Source: Mobula birostris (Eukaryota). From it: a DNA stretch of 64,000 nucleotides. The DNA lies in assembly GCF_030028105.1 (NCBI RefSeq), contig NC_092374.1, forward strand, positions 60,577,377 through 60,641,376, in the 5' to 3' direction. Positions 12,095-25,514 of the stretch are shown here, one piece after another. Positions within the stretch are counted from its first letter, which is position 1. Each line of letters begins with the position of its first letter. A model generated the notes under the pieces. It was not told the origin of the DNA, ran no database searches, and worked only from the letters and a program-made list of their open reading frames with translations. The position numbers and the translations under genes were made by a program.

Positions 12095-12335
12095 GTGTTG
12101 AACGTGGTACAGCACAGTATAGGAAACGGTTTTCTGGCCCATAATGCCTGTGCTAACTACGATACCTATACAAAATAAACCTATCTGCCTGTACATGAAC
12201 TTTTTCCCCTCCATTTACTGTACATTCGTACACCTGTCTAAATGCCTCTCATCATGTCAGCAACCTTGTAGCATATTCCTGGCACCTACCACCCTGTGGA
12301 AAAAACCTTACACTGCAAGACTCCTTTAAATATCC
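12095..12335 (-). mobile_element. Degenerate CR1-type 3' end
   Basis: TACAGCACAG...AAACGG....CTGGCCCA resembles the reverse complement of the CR1 3' tails seen elsewhere in the window. Confidence 0.45.
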
Positions 12336-12594
12336 CTTTGTACAACATCCACATTTACAGTAGAGTGCATGCAGCCCATAGGATCAACTGTTACACAATG
12401 AGGCATGTATGTAAAGTAGTATTTTAAAGAAAAACAAGATTTTGTAACACCGATTGCATAATTGCATATTTTATGAAAAGCTTTTGCAATACAGGTTTAG
12501 ATATTGAAATATGTGTTGCTGTATTCTTCTTTGCTTTGGTGGGAGGACACACTGTGGTAGAATTGTGGCATTACAGTGTTCCAATGGCAGTCTT

Positions 12595-13090
12595 GAAGTT
12601 CAAGTACATTTATTATCAAACTATGTATACTATATACACCCTAAGAGTCAACTTCTTACAGACAACCACAAAATAAAGAAACCCGTAGAACCCATAAAAA
12701 AAAGACCATTAAACACCCAATGTGCAGGGAAAAAAAATCATGCAAACAATAAAAGCAACAAATCACATTCAGAACTGAAATTCACACAAATCCAGAGCAA
12801 CAAAGCCAGTCATCAATGCAGCCATTCTAGAAGCCCACGAGTCGCAGGCCACAGCCTCAGTTCGGCGCAAAGACAAGTAAACCTTGTACAGCAGCAAGCT
12901 GAACACTGGCCCGTCCCTCCCCTCCAACCCCAAACCCTTAACTTTTTAATCTGGCCCAGCACTTAAATCAACCTAACAGCAGATCGTTCCTCACTCTTGG
13001 ACCCAGAACCTCAATTTTGCTCATACCTGACCTTTCTAATAAGGCCTAGCACTTAAATCAGTCAAATCTCGGCTCATTCCTCGCCCTCAG
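12595..13090 (-). mobile_element. SINE-like element with a Rex-like tail and an internal duplication
   Basis: The reverse-complemented tail reads ...TAGGGTGTATATAGTATACATAGTTTGATAATAAATGTACTTGAACTTC. An internal unit GGCC.AGCACTTAAATCA...TC.TTCCTC.C.CT occurs twice (~12953 and ~13042). Confidence 0.45.
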
Positions 13091-13249
13091 GCTCGAGAGT
13101 GAGATAAAACACAGCTGGTTTCAAATATTTGTCAAAATTTACTTAAAACAATCTCAAGTTACATCACAAAAATAATCCAGTAGGAAATGATAATGTAGTT
13201 AATTATAAAGATTATAACAATAATTAAAGTTCTTGAATGTTAGCCTCCA

Positions 13250-13720
13250 GTGCATTTCTACAGATTATGGAGTGGAGAACATTCTGGTTGGTTGCATCAC
13301 TGCTTGATATGGAGGCTCCAATGGACAGGATCAATAAAAAGTGCAGAGGGTTGTAGACTCAGTCAGTTCCATCAGGGGCACTAGCGTCCCCACTATCGAG
13401 GACATCTTCAAAAGGCAGTGCCTGAAGAAGGCGGCATCCATCATTAAGGACCCAAGCCATCCTAGACATTTCCTCTTCTCATTACTATCAGGGGAGGGTA
13501 CAGGAGCCTGAAGACACACACAATATTTCTGGAACAGCTTCTCCTCCTGTCATCAGAATTCTGAATAGTTCATGAACACTACTTTACTATTTTACTCTCC
13601 TTTTGCACCGATTTTAAACATTTCTTATTATAATTATAGCATTTTTTTAATGTATTGCACTGTACTCTTGTCACAAAACAAATTTCACAACATATGTTAG
13701 TGTTAATAAACCAGATTCTG
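13250..13720 (+). mobile_element. Rex/Babar LINE 3' fragment
   Basis: FY....ENILVGCITA..GG....Q.VVDS...I.G...P.IEDIF...CLKKAASIIKDPSHP; tail AATAAACCAGATTCTG. Confidence 0.75.
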
Positions 13721-15534
13721 GTAAATTATTAAAGCAAGAAAAATGTATTTTTTAATCTCCAAACGCTTAAGATCTGAAAATAAATTGTTGTTAATGAAAT
13801 AATTATTTCCCTTCTAAATATAATTTTAAAGAGTATAGAAGAAAATGTAACATTTAGCCACAAGTGTTTTCCCTATATCAATATTGTATATTTAGATACA
13901 ATGAATTTCTGAGATCAAATATTTTAGTTGGTAATATATCTACTTAAGTCAGTTTTGCCCTTCAGTTTGGTCATAGTTAGTCTGTACCTTAGCACATCTT
14001 CAACCCATATGCTTTTATTCCAAGCTCTCAAACATACATTGCTTTCAATGTTGAAGGCTTCAACTTATCCTTAGTAATCATAGCCTTTTAGAAATTAAAT
14101 TTCAGGTTTACACTGTGTAGGGAGAAAGTGTTATCTAATTTCACCTTGACATGATGTCTAATGTTATGGTTATGCCTTCTTATTCTGGATTTCCCCACCA
14201 AAGGAAACACTTAATAATTTTAATTTTACCATTTAAAACACTTCTTAATCTTTACAAGCCTTCATGGCACAAGTTCTTCATAAAATTGATGTTTTCAGTC
14301 TTGGTATCTTTCTGATGAACTTACAAGACAAATCACTTCCAAGAAGGTTGTAAACAAAGCTGCTTTGCTTTGACAAATTTGAATCCCAGCTCAATTGAGA
14401 TAATAGGTAACATTTCATTAACCTTGGTTTTCATCTGCAAACTTGGACAAACAACTTAGCCAAGTCATTAATACATGATGAAATTATTATATATTAAACT
14501 GAATCCCTAGAGAACAATACTCATCTTATTGAAGAATGTCCAGCTGCCTTTACCTGTACTCCCATCACCAAACCATTACCAAATTGCAATTTAGGGCAAC
14601 TCGAAGCAGTTGGGTTTTTTGCCATTCATTATTTCCCTTCGAATCCCATTTCTTTCCTTCTGATATCCTGTTAGGACAGTACACAAGGATTCCTGTCCAT
14701 CTGCCATTTAAGCAACTTGCTCACAAACTGCAATTTGCTTTGTCACACATGACTTCCCTTCACAATTCCCTGCTGACTGGCTCTTGCTAATCCAAATGAC
14801 CGCTCATTGTCCATAATAGATTCCAGGAACTTGCTAAACCAGAAATCAAAGTCAGATCAGCTTTTTCAAACTGCCCTGTTACGATAAATAATGAAATGAA
14901 TGCAATTTTGCAATTAAAAGGATACAGGTACTGAATCAAAACTCCCTGGAAACTATGCTTAAGGCATACTGTTACCATCTATCATTTTAACACCCTAGAG
15001 CAGAAGCTATTACACCATGAAATCACTAATCAATTTCTTGCCTCACCCTTAGCACCAAAATGAGATTCTGTTCGACTGTATCTTGCAATGTCAATTACTG
15101 ACCTCACAGACTTAATATTGTTGATCAGGCTACCTTCTACAATGAAAGAGTAAAGAAAATTGGTGTATCTTGCGGCATAAATTAAAGCCTTAAATAGTTT
15201 TGTATTTATCATCAATACTGAAATGTAGCAGAAATGGACATGAATCACAGACCTGAAGACAATTTTGAAAATGTTAAATAAAAGTAGTGTGAAATTCAGC
15301 CATTTTGAACTGGACAGTATATTCAAGGCCATAATCAATAGATTTTTAAATACCAAATGGGTCTTAGGATTTAGGAATCAGGTAGGAAGAGGGAACTTGA
15401 GGCATAAGATTTGCCATGATATTAGATGGTATAGCAAGTTCAAGAGATTTAAGCCCATTCCTTTCCTTCTGATATCCTGTTAGGACTGTACACTAAGATT
15501 GTAAATTGTAGATGTGAAAATCTTAATTAAAAGA

Positions 15535-15700
15535 AACAGAAAATGCTAGAAACAAAATATTAGACCAGACTGCATTTGGGCAAAGAGGAACAATTAATGT
15601 TTCAGGTCTGGAATGCTTCATCAGAAGTGAGAAAGGAATAAACATGTTAACTTGGGTAGCAGAGAAGGTGCAACGAATGGTGAAGTAGGGTTGATAATAT
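15535..15700 (-). mobile_element. Degenerate Penelope-like terminus with a hammerhead-core remnant
   Basis: Plus strand AACAGAAAATGCTAGAAA...AATGTTTCAGGTCTGGAATGCTTCATCAGAA; the minus strand reads CTGATGA-AGCATTCCAGACCT-GAAA-CATT. Confidence 0.45.
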
Positions 15701-16326
15701 GGTCCAACAGGGTTGGTAAGACATGAGTCTTTGCATAATATATTCTTTTTGTTGTTTGGCCTATGTGTTGCTGTAGAAGCCTGACTGAGATAATGCAGCA
15801 GTTTGTGCTCAAATTAAAGATAAAAATTAACTTTAAAGAACAGCTTTATTTGTCATATGTACATCAAAAGATAGTGAAATGTGGCTTTTGTGTCAAATCA
15901 AATCAAATCAGCAAGGATACTCGGAGGAGCTCACAAGTGTTGCCAAGCTTCTGGTGCCAACAGAGCACATCCACAGAAACCAAAGCATCTTGGGGAAACA
16001 CAGGTGGTCAGGAGAACCCTGAGTGGTGATAGATGGTGCTGCAAGAAGATTGCACTAACCACTAAGCTTCTGCACCCTAGCATGATCTCAATAACATGCA
16101 ACTAACTGGAAAGATAAAGGAATAATAATCACCTCTCAATTTGCCATCCAGAAAGGAGTGGTCAACATCAGCATCAGGCTTATTGTCACTGCTGCAGCAG
16201 TACAGTGCAGGCAGATCAAATTGCTCTAAGCTACAATAAAAGTAAATCAGAATCTGGTTGAGTATCAATGGCACATGTCGTAAAATTGGTTAACTTTGCG
16301 GCAGCAGTACAATGCAATACATAATG

Positions 16327-16455
16327 NNNNNNNNNNNNNNNNNNNNNNNNNNNNNNNNNNNNNNNNNNNNNNNNNNNNNNNNNNNNNNNNNNNNNNNNNN
16401 NNNNNNNNNNNNNNNNNNNNNNNNNNNNNNNNNNNNNNNNNNNNNNNNNNNNNNN
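16327..16455. other. Assembly gap (129 N)
   Basis: Run of n characters inside a Rex element. Confidence 0.99.
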
Positions 16456-17182
16456 CATGTCCTAGGTGATAGGGGTCGTTAATGACAGTCACCACCTTTT
16501 TGAGGCACCACTCCTTGAAGATGTCCTGGATATTACGAAGGCCAGTGTGCATGATAGAGGTACCTAATTTTACAACCCTCTTCAGCTTACTTCGATCCTG
16601 TGCCGTAGCTCCCACCAACCACCGCCCCCCCCCCCCCACATACCAGACGGTGAAGCTCTCCATGGTACATTTGTAGAAATATGCGAGTTTTGGGTGACAT
16701 ACGAAATCTCCTCAAATGCCGACTGAAATACAGCCACTGCCCTGCCTTCTTTATGGCTACATCAATATGTTGGGTCCAGGTTAAGTCCGCAGAGATACTG
16801 ACTCCTGGGAACTTGAAAGTGCTCACCCTCTCCATTTCTGCTCCCTCTCTAAGGACTGGTGTGTGTTCACTCTTCTTACCCTTTCAGAAGTCTACAATCT
16901 TTGGCCTTAGTGACGTTGAGTGCAAGGTTGCTGCTGCAACACCACTCAACTAACTGGTATGTCTCAGTCCTCTATGCCCTCTCGCCATCATTTGAGATAC
17001 TGTCAACTATGGCTGTATCACCAGCAAATTTATAGATAACATTTGAAAGATGCTATCTATAAATCCTCTACTCTTACACAGTCACGCGTGTATGAGTAGA
17101 GGAGAGGGCTAAGCACACATCCCTGAAGTGCACTAGTGTCGACTGTCAGTGAGCTGGAGATGTTATTTCCCATTCACACAGA

Positions 17183-17710
17183 CCCGTGTGTCATCAGGGG
17201 AGTTGGAAGATCCTTGACTGTGTGTCCAAAGACTCGTGATCGTGATCTTTGGACACAGAGCTTGGAAAAAGTGTTGTGGCAGACTTTTAATATCGTAAAC
17301 CAGCAAGTCGTTTGTTATGTCTCCCCGCTTGCTGTCTGAAACCGGAGACACCTTTTTCTCCTTTATTAGGGAGAGAGAGAACCTGTGGTATGTCGAATGC
17401 CGGGTGAACAATGTAGTCTTTGGGGTTAACTCCAAGTCTGCGTCTTTACTGTTGCTTTGCTCACCCTCAAGTGCTTGGTAGCGGGTGCCAATGCTTTTTT
17501 TTTTGCCGGTGGGGGGGGGAGGAGGGAATATGGCTTGCAGCCACTTATGTGCAGGGGGGAGGGAGGGGGGTGGACATTGGGGTTTTAACATTTGACTGTC
17601 ATTCATTCCTTGAGCACTCCTGTTTTTGTGGATGGTTGCAAAGAAAAAGTATTTCAGGATGTATGTTGTATACATTTCTCTGACATTAAATTGTACCTTT
17701 GAACCTTTGA
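17183..17710 (+). mobile_element. Non-autonomous retroelement (SINE-like) with a Rex-like 3' tail, copy 3, 5'-truncated
   Basis: Very similar to 3480-3860; ends TGTACCTTTGAACCTTTGA. Removing it restores the Rex sequence CACACAGA|TTGTGGTCTTCC. Confidence 0.7.
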
Positions 17711-19169
17711 TTGTGGTCTTCCAGTTAGCAAGTCCAGAATCCAGTTGCAGAGGGAGGTACAGAGGCCCAGGTTCTGAAGCTTTTCGACCAGAACTGCAGG
17801 AATGATGATGTTAAACATTGAGCTGTAGACTATAAACGGCATCCTGAAACAGGTATTTGTATTGTCCAGGTGATCCAAGGCAACGTGGAGAGCCAATGAG
17901 ATCACGTCCACCTGTTGCACTGTTGGGTTTTTTTTCCCCGTGAGGGTTGCATGCCTTATGAAGGTGTGAACTTGGAAGAAAAAAAAGAGGGCAGGCCAGA
18001 ATAGCACATTCAGTGCAAAGGTCTTTATTGTGTGCCAGTGGTGCAAAAAATAGCAAAAAAAACCCAAAAATGACAAGAGAAAATGCAGATATATTCCGTC
18101 AGACTTTTAGGACTACAGCTCCAAATCATCAGTCTGAATATACCTCACCATACCACATCCTCTTCACTTTAACCAAAATGAGCCTATAATTAAGGATCTC
18201 CTTACTTTAGGAGAAAAGGGATCGTCCATTCTACTGCCATAGGCCTACAGTGGCAATGGGCAAATTACAGTGAGTCCAGATCCTTGCTGAGGCAGAAGTT
18301 GATTCTAGCCATAACCAACCTCTTAAAGCAGTCCATCACCGTAGATGTGAATACTACTGGATGATAGACATTAGGGAAGCTCACCCTGCTCTTCTTGGGT
18401 ACTGGTATAATTGTTGTCCTTTTCAAGCCGGTGGGAACTTCCAACTAATGCAATGAGAGATTGAAAATGTCTCTGATCACCACCACCAGCTGGTTGGCAC
18501 AGGTTTTCAGAGTCTTACGAGGTACGTCATTAGGGCCTATCACCTTGCAACCTGACGTCAGCCTCCAAAACAGAGATCACAGCATCACTGGGTGCTGCAG
18601 GGGTCCTCATAGTTGAGGTTTTATTCTTCCTTTACAAGGCATACAAGGCATTGAGCTCACCTGGGAGTGAAGCATCACTGCCATTCATGCTACTGGGTTT
18701 CAATTTGTAGGAAGTAATGGCCTGCAAACTTTACCAGAGTTGACATGCATCTAATGTTGCCTCCAACCTCGCTCTGAATTGTTCCTTGGCTCTTGAAGTA
18801 GCCCTCCGCAAGTCATACCTGATTTTCTTGTACAAACCTGGGTTGCCAGACTTGAATGCCACCAATCTAGCCCTCAGCAGACTATGAACCTCCTGATTCA
18901 TCCATAGTTTTTGATTTGGGTTCTTGTAGGCACACATTCATCCACATGTTTTAATGAAGTCAATGACAGTTGTGGCATACTCAGTCAAAGCTGAATCCCT
19001 GAATATAGTCCACCGATTCCAAACAGTCCTGTAAGCACTCCTGCGTCTCGCATGTCCATACTTTCTTGGTCCTCACTACTGGTGCTGCGGTCTTCAGTCT
19101 CTGCCTATACTTGGGAGAAGTATAACCAGGTGATCAGACTTTCCAAAGTGTGGACGTGGGATAGCATGG

Positions 19170-19208
19170 CGCAAACAACAGGAATTCTGCAGATGCTCGA
19201 AATAGCTC
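19170..19208. mobile_element. 39-bp Penelope-terminus insertion with a 12-bp TSD
   Basis: GCAAACAACAGGAATTCTGCAGATGCT matches the start of the 56979 insertion. TSD GGGATAGCATGG at 19158-19169 and 19209-19220. Confidence 0.7.
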
Positions 19209-19423
19209 GGGATAGCATGGTGAACGCTTTTGATAGTGATGTAACAATGGTCCAGTGTGTTTCCTCTGGTATGACAAACGATTTGTTGGTAATAATTATT
19301 TAGGGTACCCCTCCCCCCCCCCCCCCCCCACTGAGTTGGCCTGCTTGAAATCCAGCAAAATAATGGAGAAGGCATCAGGATGAGCTGTTTTATGCTTAGT
19401 TCATCGCTTAGGTTCATCTAGAG

Positions 19424-21592
19424 CAGTGTTTCCCAACCTTTTTTTTAACCCAACACAGGGTTATAAAGCACTTTCATACTTGCCAACACCCCTCTTAGGC
19501 ACAATACACTTCCCGGCACCCCCATTGTGTAAAAACCATGTCTACCATATGCTAACATGAGAAAAATTATTCTGCTTTAAATTTTTTTATTTGTCTTTAA
19601 ACCTAGCTTACACAGTACCTGTGCACTATACAGCAGCTTCAATACCAATGTGATCCTTGAGCTTGATAGTTTTCTAACTAGGGTTGAAATATCTAGTTCA
19701 AGTTGTGACAGCAAAAGCCTCAAGTCCCTATGCATAACAACGTCCAAGCGACTTCTGTTGTTTGAAACTATGTGGTTCACTGCACTGAAGCCCATGTCAA
19801 CAAGGTAAGAGGATGGAAATGCAATAAAGAGCAGTTTGGTTCTTCTCCAAAGACCAGAACACTTTAAGTGTAGCCATATACCACAAAAGCTGACATTTTT
19901 GAAAAGCATTTTGGCTTCTTCTTCATTCTGAATTTTGATAATTTCTACTTGCAAGTTCTCTTCCTGTTCCTCCAGTTCTTCCACCTTGCAAAGAAATAGG
20001 TTAATTACCCAGCCCGGAATTTCCAGATCGTTCAAATCGATTCTGAGAATCCTTCTTACAGTGACTGCACATGTAAGCAGTACTCTTACAAATCACTGTC
20101 TATGAAAGAGAGTGCCATACTTTCCATGTAGGGAAACTGAGAACATTCTTCTCCCAAAGTTTTGCTTATACGTTTTCAATTTTTAGACAAAAGCAGACAT
20201 TGCACTTTTTGCCTGGACTAAATTGAAATTCTCACCCTGCAGTTTCATATTTAGAATGTTCATTTTCTCATACAAATCACCTAGGTATGCCACATCTCCA
20301 TGTAGAAGCTCAATCTTGCTTCCCAAGTACTTGTTGATGTTGAGCGAAAATACAACCACAATGTCAAAAAAAATCAAAGCAACATTTTAAGCAGCAGCCT
20401 TTTGACAGACAATGAACTTCAGTATGAAGGAGCAAATATTCAAACTCTTCATTATCTTGGCATAACCGACAAAATATTCTGCTATTCAATGGATGAGCTT
20501 TAATTTTGTTGATAGCAGGTATTACAGTCATGCTTAAAAAAAAAGTTGTTGGCTGAGGTTTTTGGCTGCGAGATGTTGACAACAAATTACACAATGAATT
20601 GCAAATAGACTTGGAATTTCTTTTTTCACAAATGCACTAAACCACAATGGTAACCTGTCATATATGATGCTCCATCTGTTGCACAAGAAATCATGTTCCT
20701 AATCTTTTATCCTCCATATACATTTTGAGCTTGTTGCAGATTGATTTTCTGTTGATATTTAACTTTTCACAAAAGAGAATCTCTTCATAAACTTTTAAAT
20801 TTTTGATAAGCCGTACATATGCCATCAGCAATGCTTCGTCTCACACAGTTGACTCATCTAGTTGTATACCAAATTCTGTTTTTTGTAGCTCTGTTCATAG
20901 TTATTACTCAGAGGAAATGATTTTAAAATACTGGTTTCTATCTTGAGAACAGTGGTGAGCACTTCTGATAAAACAGGCATTATTAATCTTTCACCAATTA
21001 TCAGATCGTCCACACTTTGCTATCATTTTGGAAATGTCATAAGAAGCAATGAGACCACTATAAAGGTCATTTTAGCTTTCTTGGCAAATCACTCGAGTGT
21101 GCAATGCTTTTCAAATGCTTCTTTCATCTTCTATAACTGAGTAATACCATAAGTAGCCTTTTCTGGGTGTCTTTTACAGAAGTATTCCTGCAATCTTGGT
21201 GGTTTCATGGCTTCATTAGACAGTATAGTATTACAAATAAGACATACAAGGCATCACTGATCTGATGGGAATAGAATAAAACCATACTCTAGGTGTGTAA
21301 AATTGCATTGTCACACTTTCTGTAGTTTGCTTCTTAGTGGGATTCCAATTCAAGGCTTCACGGTCTTCGGACTCAGAGATTGAACTGTATTTATCCATCA
21401 CTGATGGGGCTAAATTAAAATAAAAAATTAACACAAACTTAGATTGCCTATCAGATGTTGACGATGGCAACAAGTTGATACATGGCTGGTCAAGTCTTGT
21501 GCCTCAAGTTAGGGTGCCTCTTTCTGTGCCCCCCACATGAATTTTATTTCCCCTAACTTCCCCCACATAACCACCCTGGTTGGGAATCACTG
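19424..21592 (-). mobile_element. hAT DNA transposon, Charlie/Buster group, with a decayed transposase
   Basis: TIRs CAGTGTTTCCCAACC / GGTTGGGAATCACTG; 8-bp TSD ATCTAGAG / GTCTAGAG (Charlie-type NTCTAGAN target). Fragments LLLHTEV..LSKG, AYLGDLYEKMN.LN.KLQG and FPSSYLV..GFSAV...RSRLD...DLRL.LS; many stops and frameshifts. Confidence 0.9.
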
Positions 21593-21789
21593 GTCTAGAG
21601 CCTGTTTGCCTGAGGTGGAATGTATACCACAACCAAAATTATCACCAAGATCTCCCACAACAGGTAAAATGGACGACACTTGATCGTGAGGTGTTCTAGG
21701 TCTGGTGAATAGGACTGAAACAGCATACCACATATGCATACCATGAGGAGTTGATCATTAAGCACACTGCTCACCTGCTTTATACATAA

Positions 21790-21950
21790 ATAGTGTACAG
21801 AAGAATTGGAAGGTAATGTTCATGGACTTTTCAAAACAGCAGAGGGGAAGAAGCTGTTCCTAAAATGTTGACTGTGCTTCAAGCACCTGTACCTCCTCCC
21901 TGATGGTAGCAGTGAAAGGAGAGCTAGTCCTGGATGATGAGGGTCCTTTG
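21790..21950 (-). mobile_element. Rex/Babar 3' fragment
   Basis: GGGGAAGAAGCTGTTCC...CCTGTACCTCCTCCCTGATGGTAGCAG is the reverse complement of the conserved Rex C-terminus (LLPSGRRY...NSFFP). Confidence 0.6.
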
Positions 21951-24869
21951 ACAATGGCGTTAACTGCATATCATGCAAAATGGGTTCAGTCTATTTGGGC
22001 ACAATACAATTAATGATCACTGGAAATGAACTTCAAGTGCAAGGAGCATCAATCACTATGTGCTCTCTTTAAAAGATTTTGAGTCCATCAATTGAGAAGG
22101 ACTGCAGAGCATCCGGTAAAAAATTGCCAGATCCAGAAAATCATACCTACTATGTCTGCTGCATGACAGCATCCAAGTTGTGATCTAAATCAAAAGGTCT
22201 GGATTTGGCACAATTTCAGTGTAGACTGATGTCAAGCAAGGCTTTACCATCCGCCCAATTTATAATTAATTACAAGTTGGGCTGAATTATAATCTTTCTC
22301 ACCAACTGCTACACCTTATCTTCAAACTTTTTTGCTGGACTAGAGCTGACTTACGTGACAAATCACTACTATCACTCCAAAAATACGGCCTCCCCTATAT
22401 CAATCAGAGCAACAAGTAGAGAGACAATGTCTACCAATGCACCATTTGGATACTGATTTATTTTTTAAAAATGCTGGAAATTTGAAATAAAAACAGAAAA
22501 TTTTAGGGAAAAAAGTTTTTTCTGATGAGTTTTTCCAGCATTTTCCACTTTTATTTTCAATGCATTCGCCAAAACATGAGAAAATGGCCTGTACATTCAT
22601 CTACAAAACAGATTCCCTATCTACCAGCCTCTGCTTATACAGAAGTCCATAAGACTCTGGAAACAAACATCATTTCTCACACCTCAGAAGCCACCTCTTA
22701 ATAGAAACAGGTATCAATGATGAAATTCAACACTAGTCTTTAGTCTTTCAACACTAGTCTGACAAAAAGAGTTTGAAAGTAGAGATCTCAAGCCCATCAC
22801 AGATCTTATTGTTTGCCCAATAGCAATATTCCCTGCATATATGAGACCTGGACAACCAACAGCAGGTACCTTAAAAGACTGGAGAGAACCATATCTCAAT
22901 AAAATCATCAAAATCCATCAAGATTACAGGCAGATACAATTAGTTTAATCTGGCCCCCTGGCTGCACGGACAAGGTGGGCCAAAGAGCCTGTAGTCTTCT
23001 GTGTTATACTAATAAACCAATGACAGTGTTCTCTTATAGTTTAACTTCCATAGCACTGAAGCCCTAGCCAGGCTTAATCAGTTCCAATGAACAACAAACC
23101 ACTTGTACATCAGACACCAGATTACCAAAACAGACTGGCTACATCAAGGCAAAAGATTAGGTGGATAAAGGAAACCATAAAAGATTTCCAAAATTTTCCT
23201 CAGAAAGTGTATATACCAACAAACCCCTCTGAATTCCTGGCACATAACACCTCAAAATGGAGCAGTGCATCACCCTTTAAACCACATGCCCACCATCCTA
23301 TATGGCCAATATATCCTGCTCCCTTTCTGCAGAGTCTACAGTTCACACCTTGGTCTCAACAGCCACTTACCACAAAGATAACAGTAATTGAAGAAACCAA
23401 CTCAGTCTTGCTCTGATTTTAGATTGAGCCAACTGAAATGCCTTAATAATATGGATAGGGGAGGGCAATTTTTGTGGGAGAATTTAGAATTAAGTTACTG
23501 ATTAGCAGTAAGAAAATGCAAATTTAAACAGGTGAAGAATTTTTTTTCCTCCTCAAAGGTCTTGAATCTTTGGAAATTTCTTTCTTGAATGGCAATGAAA
23601 ATAGAGCTTGAAAATTTTTAAGGCAGAGGTTGATAAATTCTTGATAATCAAAGGGCAAAAGGATACTGAATGGAGAATCAAGGTTACAAATCAAATTAGC
23701 CATGACCTCATTAAACAGCAGAGCCAAATGGGGTGAGGAGCCAAGTAGCTTACTCATGTTTCCAATTCATATGCTCATATGACCACAAGAGACTGCCTAA
23801 GAGAAATCCTAGGCGAGGTTCAGAGGTAACATGGTTAACTACAAACAGAATTAGGTTACAGGTTTGCAATTTGTACAGCATTTGTATTTGAAAATCTGCT
23901 TCACTTTCCTGAGTTACAAAATTAATACATTATAGCCTGCCAATTCATGATGTAGGACCCGAGGACACACTGAAAATACATGGACTAATCTTTAAAAAAA
24001 ATATGAATTGGACATTCACTGCGATCGTTTTTAAATAATTAGTTTGACAGTACAATCCTCTTCACACCCCAAGGCCTTTAAGTGTCCAAATCTAAGCACA
24101 AATAGAAAAAAAATGTATTAGTTGAACAAATATGGGGGCAGCTACAGTATAGGATTTCAGACAATGTTGAAAGGACAGTAAAAATGTTATCCTCTCCTAG
24201 ATGGAAATAAATTTCACTGACGCATACAGCGTTATTTTAGAAGATTTTAAAATACTAACCAGTTCACAAGTACAAAGTTGTTACAGGGATTCATAGTATA
24301 AATACAGAGTTGATATTTGCCCGGGGGATATGTCACAAGGGTTTCCCAACCATTTTTGTGCTATGGTTGGTATTCTCTGGTCTAGAAGTATCATAAGTTC
24401 TAAATAAGAGGTAGGTCATTCAAGATAGAAGTTTCTTCACTAAGAGGATGGCAAATATTTGGAATTAACTATGGGGCGTATTCAAGACATATCACTAGGT
24501 ATTAATGGAATCAAGAGATATAGAGTTAGGGTAAGAAAGTGGCTCAGAAAACATACAATGGTGGAAGAGGCACGTTAGGCTAAATGGTCTACCTGTAACT
24601 CTTATGTTCCTATACCGCAGACAGAAGCAGGAGAAGCAGCAGCACATACCGCCCAAACCACTCACCAGTGTATAGTCTATAGTACAGTCATTGCCCATTC
24701 CACAATGCAGGTTCTTGTTATTGAAGCCTACTCTTTTATTCTTACTGTACTTCTCTTTTCTCTGTAACTTTATTCCTTCTTAACATTTCCCAGTTCAGAT
24801 GAAAGAACTTGAAATGATAGCTGTTTTACCTGCTAATTATTTTCAGCAGTTCTTGCTTTTAAAACTTGT

Positions 24870-25385
24870 ATACTATGGAAAATCCTACAAAAAGTAGTGG
24901 ATATGGCCCAGTCCATCTAAAGCCTTCTCCACCAATGAATACATCTAAAAAGAGCACTGTCGCAGGAAAGCAGGATCCACAAGACACCCCACCATCCTGG
25001 CCATACTCACTTCTCACTGCTGCAATCAGGAAGATGATGCAAGAGCCTCAAGACCCTAATCACCAGGTTCAGGAACAGTTCAACCATCAGGCTCTTGAAT
25101 CATAGGGGATAACTTCACTCACCCCCTCACCGGTGTTCCACAACCTATGGATTCATATTTTCATCTCACGTTCTCAATATTTGTTTTTTTTTTCCCCCTT
25201 AGGTATTTCAGTTTGTTGTCTTTTGTGCAGTGTTTATTTTTGTCTGTCTCATTGGGTGCAGGTTTGCATTGATTCCATAGTGTTTCTTGGACTTGCTGTG
25301 TATTCCCACAAGAAAATTAATATCAGGGTTGTACAGTACATGGTGACATACATGTACTTTAATAATAAACTTACTTTGAACTTTT
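24870..25385 (+). mobile_element. Rex/Babar 3' fragment
   Basis: AAAATCCTACAAAAAGTAGTGGATATGGCCCAGTCC...; tail TACTTTAATAATAAACTTACTTTGAACTTT. Confidence 0.75.
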
Positions 25386-25514
25386 AAACTGTTTATCCAG
25401 TTATTAGATGCTGCCTGTACACCTTTAGATTCTTATTGATAACTCCACATAAAATACATCCTTAAGGTGCGTTAAACAGCAACCTTAAATGAACATACAC
25501 AAAAGAGCAAGACA

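Larger units (their letters stand above)
16245..21780 (-). mobile_element. Long degenerate Rex1/Babar LINE (EN + RT) carrying several nested insertions
   Basis: Tail at 16245; RT pieces ERVSTFKFPGVSISADLTW and [44 protein letters not shown]; linker NQK.WMN.EV..LL.AR..AFKSG; EN pieces TRGNTLDHCY, PHFGKSDH and, beyond the hAT, SPDLEHL...VVYIPPQA. Confidence 0.82.

Noticed and set aside
16231-16663. ORFs containing long X runs
   Set aside because: They are artefacts of the 129-N assembly gap within a Rex element.
19577-21473. Domesticated ZBED5/ZBED8/SCAND3-like host gene
   Set aside because: It has multiple stops and frameshifts and is bounded by TIRs and a TSD, so it is a dead transposon.
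22468-22560. Short imperfect inverted repeat (AAAATGCTGGAAA / TTTCCAGCATTTT) with CTGATGA as a ribozyme or miRNA hairpin
   Set aside because: No GAAA box or stem II in the right place; most likely a collapsed Penelope-terminus fold-back remnant.
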